IMG/VR virus record: IMGVR_UViG_3300028831_000281
Location: 1 to 56,668 of that record
Origin: a virus
Length of the DNA: 56,668 nt
Strand: one strand, 5' to 3'
Positions 50,428 through 56,668 of the stretch are shown one piece after another. The translations under genes were made by a program, and so were the position numbers. Positions within the stretch are counted from its first letter, which is position 1. Every line of letters begins with the position of its first letter. The notes under the pieces were generated by a model. The model saw nothing but the letters and a program-made list of their open reading frames with translations. It ran no database searches and was not told the DNA's origin.

Positions 50428-50925
50428 TTGACCACCAGCGAACCGACCGTTACCAGCGGCACCGTCGCCACCCTCATCTGCATCCCCATCCTGCTGGCGA
50501 TCTTGGCCGCCGGACTGGCCTGGGCGCTGCTCTACGCCCGCCGCAACCACGACACCGGCAACGACGGCGAGGAGTTCGCCGCCAAGATTCTGGCCGCCGC
50601 GCTCGGCGTGCTCATGGTGCTCACCGTGGTGGCCACCTGGTGGAGCATGTACCCGTGGCGTTGGGAGTATCACGAGTGGCGGCCGATCTCCGGCACGGTG
50701 GCTTCCGTGGACTCCAGGCTGAACCGCACCGACTCCGGAACGGAGGAGAAGTTCGTGGTGACGTTCGAGGGCAGCCGCCAGCAGTACGGGGTCCTGGACA
50801 CCCGGGCCGCGACGCTGCGGCCGGGCGACCGGCTGAGCATCACCTGTGTGCGCCGCTGGCAGTGGTCGGGCACGCACGGCTATGACTGCGCCTTCGTGGA
50901 CATGGAGCGCCCTGTCAGTCGTTGA
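50428..50925 (+). CDS. membrane protein (2 TM + C-terminal domain)
   Basis: ORF track (TTG after GAGAGGACCCGACC). 165 aa. Confidence 0.6.
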   Translation: MTTSEPTVTSGTVATLICIPILLAILAAGLAWALLYARRNHDTGNDGEEFAAKILAAALGVLMVLTVVATWWSMYPWRWEYHEWRPISGTVASVDSRLNRTDSGTEEKFVVTFEGSRQQYGVLDTRAATLRPGDRLSITCVRRWQWSGTHGYDCAFVDMERPVSR

Positions 50926-50991
50926 CACCCCCGACTCACAGGGGGTAGGGTGGGCAGTGCAGGAACAACCAACCGGAAGGACCCGATACTC
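50922..50991 (+). promoter_or_regulatory. promoter + conserved leader cassette
   Basis: -35 TTGACA 50922-50927 (overlaps the upstream stop), 18-nt spacer, -10 TAGGGT 50946-50951, CAGGAACAACC, GGAAGGACCC, ATG 50992. Confidence 0.75.
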
Positions 50992-51363
50992 ATGATCCGA
51001 AACGACGAGGTGACAGGCGGCGACGACATGAGCAAGAGCAGCCGCGACCGCGAGATCGCCCGCCGCCGACACAAGATCCGGGTGGCCATGTCTCGACTGG
51101 AGCCGGGTACCGACCCGGAGCCGCCGCGCCCGCCGCAGGCGCCCGAGCCTCCCCGGCCGCCGCAGGCGCCCCTGCCACCGTTCGCCCTGCCGCCCGCCTA
51201 CTACGAGAACGTGGCGGCGATCCGGCGGGCGTTCGGTGTCACGCCGCCGCCGCGTACCTGGCGGGCTGACCCGGTCAGGACCTTCTACTTTGGACTGGCG
51301 CTCGGCCTGGTTCCGCTCGTCCTGGTCATGTCCGCCCTGTTCATCGCCGGGGTGCTGCCGTGA
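50992..51363 (+). CDS. Pro-rich membrane-anchored protein
   Basis: Internal ATG of ORF 50950..51363. Tandem EPPRPPQAP x2. C-terminal TM helix. Confidence 0.65.
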   Translation: MIRNDEVTGGDDMSKSSRDREIARRRHKIRVAMSRLEPGTDPEPPRPPQAPEPPRPPQAPLPPFALPPAYYENVAAIRRAFGVTPPPRTWRADPVRTFYFGLALGLVPLVLVMSALFIAGVLP

Positions 51364-51527
51364 CCAGCCTGGAGGACATGCTGGCCAACCTCGAGGTGCT
51401 GGACTGGCAGCGCATCGCCGCCGAAACCACGGTCGTCACCGGCCAGCCGTGCACCGCCGAGCAGGCCCGCGAGATCTGCACCGATCAGATCCGGCTGGCC
51501 TGGATCGAGAAACTGGAGGGGCTGTGA
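51360..51527 (+). CDS. small hypothetical protein (55 aa)
   Basis: Not in the ORF track. GTGA overlaps at both ends. High third-position GC. Confidence 0.5.
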   Translation: MTSLEDMLANLEVLDWQRIAAETTVVTGQPCTAEQAREICTDQIRLAWIEKLEGL

Positions 51528-51958
51528 CCGAGCCGGTGCGGTGGTTGCTCACCATCTCCCGAGAGTGGACGTGGTGGACCCTGCTGCGCATGCGCTATAC
51601 CACCCTGGCAGCCGCCTACCCGCGATCGGTCCTGGTGCACGGCAACGCGCCGCAGGGCGACCAGCAGGCCGCACGCATCTGGAAGCTGGAGTTCGGCGGC
51701 CAGACGGACCCGTGGGACGCCGACTGGGAGACCTGCACCGACGAGTGCCGGCACCGACCTCGATACAACCGGGCCGGCCGGCTCTACTGCCCGATCGCCG
51801 GCTTCCGTCGCAACGCCGCCATGGTGGAGCGGGGCCGCTGCCGGTTCATGGAGGCGTTCATCCACAACCACTCGCCCGGCGCCACCGACTGCGCCAAGAA
51901 GGCGAAGGCCGCCGGTCTACCTGTCACCATCCACCGCAACCCTTGGGAGATCCGTTGA
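51524..51958 (+). CDS. DUF2493-type (SLOG-like Rossmannoid) protein
   Basis: GTG inside ORF 51236..51958. VLVHGNAPQGDQQAARIW, DADW, AGFRRNAAMVERG, SPGATDCAKKAKAAGLPV follow the DUF2493 pattern. Confidence 0.7.
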   Translation: MTEPVRWLLTISREWTWWTLLRMRYTTLAAAYPRSVLVHGNAPQGDQQAARIWKLEFGGQTDPWDADWETCTDECRHRPRYNRAGRLYCPIAGFRRNAAMVERGRCRFMEAFIHNHSPGATDCAKKAKAAGLPVTIHRNPWEIR

Positions 51959-52086
51959 GCTACACCTGTTCGAAGGGCTGCGGCGCCACCCGCTCGAGCT
52001 ACTCGGCGATCACCACACACGAATCGTCGTGTGTGGGCAAACCCCCGCCTGACCGCAAGGCGCCCGAACCGAAAGGACCCCGGTGA
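51955..52086 (+). CDS. small C2HC-like protein (43 aa)
   Basis: TTG in ORF 51541..52086 overlapping the upstream stop (TTGA). SYTCSKGCG..THESSC. Confidence 0.35.
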   Translation: MSYTCSKGCGATRSSYSAITTHESSCVGKPPPDRKAPEPKGPR

Positions 52087-52262
52087 CCAACATCCTGCCC
52101 CGCCACTGGTGCGACCCGGTGGCCCACCCACACGACGCCAGCCGGGCCGTGTGCGGCTGCGGACGCCGCTGGATTCCCTTGGGCGACCCGAACAGTATCG
52201 GCCTTCTGATGCTGCGCCCCGAGCGCTTGTGGGAGCGCGCAGCGCGGTGGTGGAGACCGTGA
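52083..52262 (+). CDS. small hypothetical protein (59 aa)
   Basis: Not in the ORF track. GTGA overlaps at both ends. Confidence 0.4.
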   Translation: MTNILPRHWCDPVAHPHDASRAVCGCGRRWIPLGDPNSIGLLMLRPERLWERAARWWRP

Positions 52263-52444
52263 CCGCCGGCCGCCTGCTACTGGTGATCGTTCGGTGCGTG
52301 CTGGTGTTTGTGGCCAGCTTCATGCTTGGCCTGGCCGCCACGTTCGGCCTGGTGCCCCCGTTCGACGCTGCCGCCGCCGTGGGCGCCGGTCTGGTGAGCG
52401 CGTTCCTGTTCGTCGCGTTCTGGGCGTTGGGGTGGTTGGAGTGA
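52259..52444 (+). CDS. small membrane protein (61 aa)
   Basis: GTG in ORF 52031..52444 with GTGA overlap. Two TM helices. Confidence 0.5.
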   Translation: MTAGRLLLVIVRCVLVFVASFMLGLAATFGLVPPFDAAAAVGAGLVSAFLFVAFWALGWLE

Positions 52445-52686
52445 GCCGGCCGCAGCACCCGCCGATGACAGAGACGCATCCGATCATGGCCGGTGCTGAT
52501 GACGTGTGGGAGTTCGGCCCGTCGCTGTGGGCGTGGTGGGTGCCGGGTGCCGGGGTGGTGGTGCAGGGCGAGGACGGCGACGTGACGATCCCGCCGGATC
52601 GGCTGATCTTGTTGGCGCGCGCGTTGATGGCAGCGGGCGTGACGGCGAGCCGCCCGGAGTGGAGGGCGCCGGGCGGTGGCCAGTAA
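52441..52686 (+). CDS. hypothetical protein
   Basis: GTG in ORF 52294..52686 with GTGA overlap. 81 aa. Confidence 0.5.
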   Translation: MSRPQHPPMTETHPIMAGADDVWEFGPSLWAWWVPGAGVVVQGEDGDVTIPPDRLILLARALMAAGVTASRPEWRAPGGGQ

Positions 52687-52885
52687 GGGTGGCTGGCGCA
52701 GGACGCACGGCGGGCAGTTCGGCCGACCGAAACGGAAGTTCGCCCGCTACTGCGATGCGTTGTGGTTCGTGCTCGGCAAGCATGGGGCGTGTTCGCAGTA
52801 TTCGGTGTACCGGTGTGATCGGGGCGACGTGTCCGGCACGGTGGGGGATCCGCATTGGCATCATGGCCGCGCCCGCCAGACTTGA
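52676..52885 (+). CDS. hypothetical protein
   Basis: ORF track. Third-position GC ~78% by my count of 69 codons. Stop lies inside the next -35 box. Confidence 0.45.
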   Translation: MASKGGWRRTHGGQFGRPKRKFARYCDALWFVLGKHGACSQYSVYRCDRGDVSGTVGDPHWHHGRARQT

Positions 52886-52949
52886 CCCCCCTACCGGTGG
52901 GGGTGTAGAGTGGGCTCACGAGGAACAACCACCCCGGAAGGACCCGATC
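52882..52949 (+). promoter_or_regulatory. promoter + conserved leader cassette
   Basis: -35 TTGACC 52882-52887, 18-nt spacer, -10 TAGAGT 52906-52911, AGGAACAACC, GGAAGGACCC, ATG 52950. Confidence 0.75.
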
Positions 52950-53261
52950 ATGAACGAGCTTCCCACCCTCGAGCAGACCGCCAAGAGGTCCGCCGACAAC
53001 CTGTCCGAGGCCCTCTACCAGATCGGCCTGGTCCGCAGCCGGCTCGAGGAAGCCGAGCAGCTCATCCGGGTCGGCTCGCCCGTGGACCTCGACTTCGCCG
53101 CCGACGCGCTGCGCGCCGCGCAGTCCAGCACCCGCACCGCCCGCTCCCAGGAAACCTGGATGACCGGCATCCTTATGGCGCAGGCTGGCCACAGCAACGT
53201 GCGCATTGCCCCGTACCGGGCACTGGTGGCCACCGCGCTGGCCGAGCGCGTGGACGGGTGA
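52950..53261 (+). CDS. hypothetical helical protein
   Basis: Internal ATG of ORF 52506..53261 after the cassette. 103 aa. Confidence 0.65.
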   Translation: MNELPTLEQTAKRSADNLSEALYQIGLVRSRLEEAEQLIRVGSPVDLDFAADALRAAQSSTRTARSQETWMTGILMAQAGHSNVRIAPYRALVATALAERVDG

Positions 53262-53266
53262 GCGAC

Positions 53267-53935
53267 ATGAAGGCTCCACGCCTGCTGGATCTGTTCAGCG
53301 GAGCCGGTGGCGCAGCGATGGGCTACCGGCTGGCCGGCTTCGAAGTGGTCGGGGTGGACATCCGGCCGCAGCCCAGGTATCCGTTCGAGTTCCACCAGGG
53401 AAACGCGCTGGAGTTCGTGGCTGACTACGGTGGCGAGTTTGACGCCATCCACGCAAGCCCGCCGTGTCACGACCACTCGTCGCTGAGATCGCGATCCGGT
53501 GCGGACGGCACCGGCTGGCTTCTCCAGGCCACCCGTGACGCCCTGGCCGCGCATCCGGTTACAGTGATCGAAAACGTGGAAGGTGCGCCGATGCGCGCGG
53601 ATCTGGTGCTGTGCGGCTCCATGTTCAACCTGGGGTCGGACGGGTTCGTTCTGCGCCGGCATCGCCTGTTCGAGTCGAGCTTGCCCTTGTCCGCGCCTGG
53701 CCCGGATGCGTGTGCGGGGAGACCGGCCGGCGGGGTGCACGGCGGGGGCCCGTGGAAGCGTTCTGATCGCCCGGGGATCAAGTTCAATGCCGAGCAGGCG
53801 CGTCGGGCCATGGGTATCGGCTGGATGGGTCGGGATGCCTTGGCGCAGGCGATTCCGCCCGCGTACACGAGGTGGATCGGGGAGCAGTTGTTGTCCTTGC
53901 CGGCAGGGGTTGACACCCCCCGTGTCGGGGGGTAG
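53267..53935 (+). CDS. DNA (cytosine-5) methyltransferase, compact form
   Basis: Internal ATG of ORF 52910..53935. Motifs DLFSGAGG (I), SPPC (IV), ENV (VI), RRHRLF (VIII), QAIPP (X). Only 222 aa. Confidence 0.85.
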   Translation: MKAPRLLDLFSGAGGAAMGYRLAGFEVVGVDIRPQPRYPFEFHQGNALEFVADYGGEFDAIHASPPCHDHSSLRSRSGADGTGWLLQATRDALAAHPVTVIENVEGAPMRADLVLCGSMFNLGSDGFVLRRHRLFESSLPLSAPGPDACAGRPAGGVHGGGPWKRSDRPGIKFNAEQARRAMGIGWMGRDALAQAIPPAYTRWIGEQLLSLPAGVDTPRVGG

Positions 53936-53979
53936 GGTCACTTCTATCAGGAACAACCCCAACCGGGAAGGACCCCGAA
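53910..53979 (+). promoter_or_regulatory. promoter + conserved leader cassette (inside the methyltransferase 3' end)
   Basis: -35 TTGACA 53910-53915, 17-nt spacer CCCCCCGTGTCGGGGGG, -10 TAGGGT 53933-53938 (contains the TAG stop), CAGGAACAACC, GGAAGGACCC, ATG 53980. Confidence 0.75.
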
Positions 53980-54333
53980 ATGGCCACCAGCATCGCTACC
54001 CAGAACCCCACCTTCCACGCCCTTTCCACCGACGTGCCGGTGGGGCACAAGCAGGTGTTCGTTCGGGGCGACTACGCCGGCACCGTGACCACGGTGACCC
54101 GCATCAACCACAATTACTGGGGGGTGACCGTGCGCGAGGTGCGCAATGCCTTCAGCAGCCCGGTGGTGGGCGTGTCGGCCACCGTGTGGCGCGACTCGAA
54201 CGGCCAGTGGGTGGCCGACTACCAGGACGCTTCGACCAGCGTGGAGATCACCCGGGCGTTCGTCCTGCGCGCCGCGCTCGGCCTGGCTATCTGGTCGGCC
54301 GGTGACCGGGGGCACACCGCCGGCCGGTGGTGA
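53980..54333 (+). CDS. hypothetical protein
   Basis: ORF track. 117 aa. A single-gene unit closed by a hairpin. Confidence 0.7.
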   Translation: MATSIATQNPTFHALSTDVPVGHKQVFVRGDYAGTVTTVTRINHNYWGVTVREVRNAFSSPVVGVSATVWRDSNGQWVADYQDASTSVEITRAFVLRAALGLAIWSAGDRGHTAGRW

Positions 54334-54340
54334 CCTAGAC

Positions 54341-54375
54341 GTGGGCCCTCCCCGGAGCCAGCGGGGAGGGCCCAC
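54341..54375 (+). terminator. GC-rich hairpin
   Basis: 14-bp stem gtgggccctccccg / cggggagggcccac, 7-nt loop. Confidence 0.75.
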
Positions 54376-54395
54376 CCATTCGAGGGGAGGAAACG

Positions 54396-54713
54396 ATGGG
54401 ACTGTCCACAGTGGAGATGCCGGCCTACGCGGAGGTGGCCCTCGAGCGCGCCGAGGCCGAGGCCGTCGAACGCACCGCCGCCACCAGCGGCAAGGTGGCC
54501 TACGAGGTGATCCGGGTGGTCGGCTGGTCCCAGAAGGGCCTGCGCTACCAGACCGTGATCGACTCCCGGCAGACCTGGGCCGACATCGCGGAGAACGGCG
54601 TGGTTGCCGGGCGAAGCTACCGGATAACCACGACCTACCAGTCGCGCAACCCGGACGGCCAGCACACCGTGTTTGTCGGCTCCGACTCGCGGGACTGGAT
54701 CGAGCCCCGATGA
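54396..54713 (+). CDS. hypothetical protein
   Basis: ORF track. GAGGGGAGGAAACG SD. 105 aa. Confidence 0.7.
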   Translation: MGLSTVEMPAYAEVALERAEAEAVERTAATSGKVAYEVIRVVGWSQKGLRYQTVIDSRQTWADIAENGVVAGRSYRITTTYQSRNPDGQHTVFVGSDSRDWIEPR

Positions 54714-54897
54714 GCTGGCAGCATCCCTGGATTCAGGCCCTGGCAGACGCCAAGCTGGCCGAGCTGACCCGGTATCACCCTCTGTCCGCAGGCGTGGAGC
54801 GTAGCCAGGCACTGAACGATCACCTGAGTGCGTGTCTTGCTGGTGGTGATCAGTCGGGCGCCGATGCCGGACCCGGCGGAGTGGTCGAGGATCTTCG

Positions 54898-55167
54898 ATG
54901 GCCGCCGCATCGCGGGGTAGGCGGTCTGGCCACTACGGACCCACGCCGCTGCGCATGGTCACGGTGGGCAACGTGGCCTACCTGGGGGGCGGGTGCCGCC
55001 GGTTCGGCTGCAACCACACATTCCTTCAGCACGACATGGGGCGCCCGGATGGCGGGCATGGTCTCCAGGGCGAGGGCGCGCAGGGCGGCCAGTGTCGGGG
55101 CACGAACCGGGACAGTGCGGGGGTGAAGTCGCCGTGTGCGTGTCCGTGCTTCCAGAATTTCGGCTGA
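54898..55167 (+). CDS. hypothetical Cys-rich protein
   Basis: ORF track. GAGGA SD. Third-position GC 16/20 and 19/20 in the two 60-nt blocks I counted (54901-55020). Confidence 0.6.
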   Translation: MAAASRGRRSGHYGPTPLRMVTVGNVAYLGGGCRRFGCNHTFLQHDMGRPDGGHGLQGEGAQGGQCRGTNRDSAGVKSPCACPCFQNFG

Positions 55168-55172
55168 ACCTG

Positions 55173-55242
55173 TTGACCCCCCGTCCACTGGGGGTGTAGA
55201 GTTCACTTCAGCAGGAACGACCGGCAACCGGAAGGACCCGAC
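55173..55242 (+). promoter_or_regulatory. promoter + conserved leader cassette
   Basis: -35 TTGACC 55173-55178, 18-nt spacer, -10 TAGAGT 55197-55202, CAGGAACGACC, GGAAGGACCC, ATG 55243. Confidence 0.75.
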
Positions 55243-55596
55243 ATGATCGCCACCACCGACACCAGCCCCAAGGCCCAGGCCGACGCCCTCGCCGCCATCC
55301 TCGAGCGCGAGATCGCCGAGCGGATCACCAACCTTGACTACCAGGTGATCTGGACCGCCCGCGAGTACAAGCTGATTGGCTGGCTGTACCGCAAGGCGAC
55401 CATCACCGCCGCCCCGGGCCGGGTCGCGATCGACGCCCCCGCCGGCCGCACCGCGCAGCGCTACGGCTACGTGCTTTACTCCGCTCTCGAGAACGCCTTC
55501 GCCACCCTCGAGACCACCCCGTGGGCCGTCCCCTACGAGGGCCCCGGCGCGGCCAACGGCCACAGCAGCGACACCGGCGGATCGCTCACCTGGTAG
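55243..55596 (+). CDS. hypothetical protein
   Basis: ORF track. 117 aa. A single-gene unit closed by a hairpin. Confidence 0.7.
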   Translation: MIATTDTSPKAQADALAAILEREIAERITNLDYQVIWTAREYKLIGWLYRKATITAAPGRVAIDAPAGRTAQRYGYVLYSALENAFATLETTPWAVPYEGPGAANGHSSDTGGSLTW

Positions 55597-55606
55597 TCCC
55601 ACCGAC

Positions 55607-55631
55607 GCCCCCCGCCCACCCGGCGGGGGGC
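55607..55631 (+). terminator. GC-rich hairpin
   Basis: 10-bp stem gccccccgcc / ggcggggggc, 5-nt loop. Confidence 0.65.
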
Positions 55632-55650
55632 AAGAGAGGTTTGAAGGATC

Positions 55651-55785
55651 ATGCGGAAACGATTGCGGTTCGCCCTGGTGGCCGCCGGCTGGACCCTGGT
55701 GGCGATACCGGCCGTGGTTGGCGCCCAGCTTGGCGCCATCCTGCTGGTCTTGTGGGTGGCCACCTGGATGCCGGGCCTGGGCTGA
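55651..55785 (+). CDS. small membrane protein (44 aa)
   Basis: Not in the ORF track. ATG after GAAGGA. MRKRLRFALVAAGWTLVAIPAVVGAQLGAILLVLWVATWMPGLG. Confidence 0.5.
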   Translation: MRKRLRFALVAAGWTLVAIPAVVGAQLGAILLVLWVATWMPGLG

Positions 55786-55853
55786 TGCCAACTTCACTTG
55801 GCATGCGGACCGACGTGCCAAGCCGAACACCGTCACAGTTGGATGGAGGAGAC

Positions 55854-56024
55854 ATGGCCAAGAGTGCGGGCGGTAGCTACTGCTCATCGTGCGGCCAGAA
55901 GCATCGCGGCAAGTGCGCGGCCAGCCAGGGCACGCCGCCACCCAAGGAGACATCCGACAAGGAGCGCCAAGCGGCCGAGCGGGCGAACAAGGATCTGCGC
56001 GATTCCCGCTGGACCGACAGGTGA
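55854..56024 (+). CDS. small hypothetical protein (56 aa)
   Basis: Internal ATG of ORF 55521..56024 after GGATGGAGGAGAC. CSSC..KC motif. Confidence 0.5.
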   Translation: MAKSAGGSYCSSCGQKHRGKCAASQGTPPPKETSDKERQAAERANKDLRDSRWTDR

Positions 56025-56338
56025 GCGGGCCCAACCACCCGCGCGGCACGAGCAACAGCAACCAGCGCGGCGGCTCGGCTGCCCGCGCGGCTCGGCGCCG
56101 CTGGCTGGTCGAGGTGTTCGGGGACGGCGAGTTCGTGGACTGCGCGCTGCGGGCGGTCCCGGGCTGCTGGGTGGCCATGACCGAGTGGAGCGTGTGGGTG
56201 GATCGCATCCTGCCGGGCGCCCGTGGCGGAACCTACGAGCGGGGCAACATCCGGCCGGCGTGCGGACCGTGCCAGATCCACACCGGTATCTGGCTGCGGG
56301 AGCAGTTGAAGGCCGAGCGCGCGCAGGTGGGCGCGTGA
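56021..56338 (+). CDS. HNH endonuclease (small)
   Basis: GTG in ORF 55889..56338 with GTGA overlap. VDRILPGARGGTYERGNIRPACGPCQ resembles the HNH core. Confidence 0.6.
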   Translation: MSGPNHPRGTSNSNQRGGSAARAARRRWLVEVFGDGEFVDCALRAVPGCWVAMTEWSVWVDRILPGARGGTYERGNIRPACGPCQIHTGIWLREQLKAERAQVGA

Positions 56339-56502
56339 GCGGGCGGGAGACGGTGGACGGCCGGCGGGATCAGCGCGCGGTGGCCGCGCTCGAGCGGATC
56401 GCGGTGGCGATAGAGGCGGTGCTGGTGGAGCTGCGGGCGGTGCGGGAGCTGCTGGAGTCGGACCGGAAACCAGGGCTTGACCCCCGAGCACGGGGGGTGT
56501 AA
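56335..56502 (+). CDS. small hypothetical protein (55 aa)
   Basis: GTG in ORF 55798..56502 with GTGA overlap. Stop TAA lies inside the next -10 box. Confidence 0.45.
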   Translation: MSGRETVDGRRDQRAVAALERIAVAIEAVLVELRAVRELLESDRKPGLDPRARGV

Positions 56503-56545
56503 TGTCGTCCATGTCAGGAACAACCCACCAGGGAAGGACCCCAAG
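56477..56545 (+). promoter_or_regulatory. promoter + conserved leader cassette
   Basis: -35 TTGACC 56477-56482, 17-nt spacer, -10 TAATGT 56500-56505, CAGGAACAACC, GGAAGGACCC, ATG 56546. Confidence 0.75.
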
Positions 56546-56668
56546 ATGACCACCTTCGACCTCCAGGCCAACATGATCCCCAGCCAGTACGGCGAACAGG
56601 ACCAGTGGAAGTCCGCCGACCAGTACGACGCCGCCCGGGGCAACGTGGAGTGGGTGCAGATCCGCTGC
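56546..56668 (+). CDS. hypothetical protein, 5' part (continues at base 2 after removing the 67-bp overlap)
   Basis: ATG after the cassette. Frame stays open to the window end. Last 67 nt are identical to 1-67. Confidence 0.7.
   Translation, partial: MTTFDLQANMIPSQYGEQDQWKSADQYDAARGNVEWVQIRC
56602..56668. repeat. 67-bp terminal duplication, identical to 1..67
   Basis: Exact match to the first 67 bases of the window. Confidence 0.9.

Noticed and set aside
54635-54910. Minus-strand ORF of 91 aa that scores well for third-position GC.
   Set aside because: It shares third codon positions with the + frame of 54396..54713 (a mirror shadow frame), overlaps that gene's 3' end by 79 nt, and has no SD. 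I treat the interval as frame-ambiguous instead.
54710-55126. The + strand ORF starting with an ATGA overlap at 54710, considered as an ordinary 138-aa gene.
   Set aside because: Coding-type base periodicity is lost after ~100 nt, and the downstream two-thirds is Arg/Trp/Gly-rich. It also overlaps the much better supported 54898..55167 in another frame. It is reported as a finding, not a feature.
47824-56545. The repeated ~70-nt cassettes considered as a CRISPR array or other repeat array.
   Set aside because: Spacing is irregular (0.6-2 kb) and filled with coding sequence. Copies occur on both strands, and each copy has -35/-10/SD/ATG geometry. No cas genes are present.
1-56668. A search for lysogeny functions (tyrosine or serine integrase, CI-like repressor, attP, ParABS) and for DNA polymerase, primase or helicase.
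   Set aside because: No ORF shows the corresponding motifs (no R..HxxR..Y integrase pattern, no resolvase-type Ser domain, no Pol A/B motifs). By-eye inspection cannot exclude divergent versions among the many unassigned proteins.

Overview
This 56,668-nt window is a complete, high-GC (~68%) siphovirus-type actinobacteriophage genome written as a linearised circle. Bases 1-67 recur exactly at 56602-56668, inside one CDS, so the unique length is 56,601 bp.

Modules:
- (i) 0.6-2.6 kb: small genes.
- (ii) 2.6-26.9 kb, + strand, virion module: portal-MuF fusion; a prohead protease with an inserted LigT-like 2H phosphoesterase domain; a ~3-kb accessory island with its own divergent promoters; the major capsid protein; a second HK97-like capsid-fold gene; connector genes; G/GT chaperones; an 866-aa tape measure; four minor tail genes; three membrane or holin-like genes.
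- (iii) 27.0-34.2 kb: leftward operon of 16 genes, including an ERF recombinase, SSB and an HNH endonuclease in a low-GC patch.
- (iv) 34.2-41.4 kb, rightward: HNH, an HTH replication-initiator-like protein, a DnaC-like loader, an amidase endolysin, VRR-NUC, and small and large terminase.
- (v) 41.4-56.6 kb: ~45 small genes, including a beta-clamp-like protein, a HAD phosphatase, DUF397, Dam and C5 methyltransferases, DUF2493 and an HNH.

I saw no integrase, repressor, tRNA or CRISPR array.

The most striking signal is a 66-77-nt promoter-plus-leader cassette: TTGACC, a C-run/G-run spacer, TAnnnT, CAGGAACRACC, GGAAGGACCC, then ATG. It occurs in at least 12 full and 4 truncated copies. Together with 14 GC-rich hairpin terminators it divides the non-structural DNA into many insulated mini-operons.

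All functional calls rest on motifs I recognised by eye. No database search was run.
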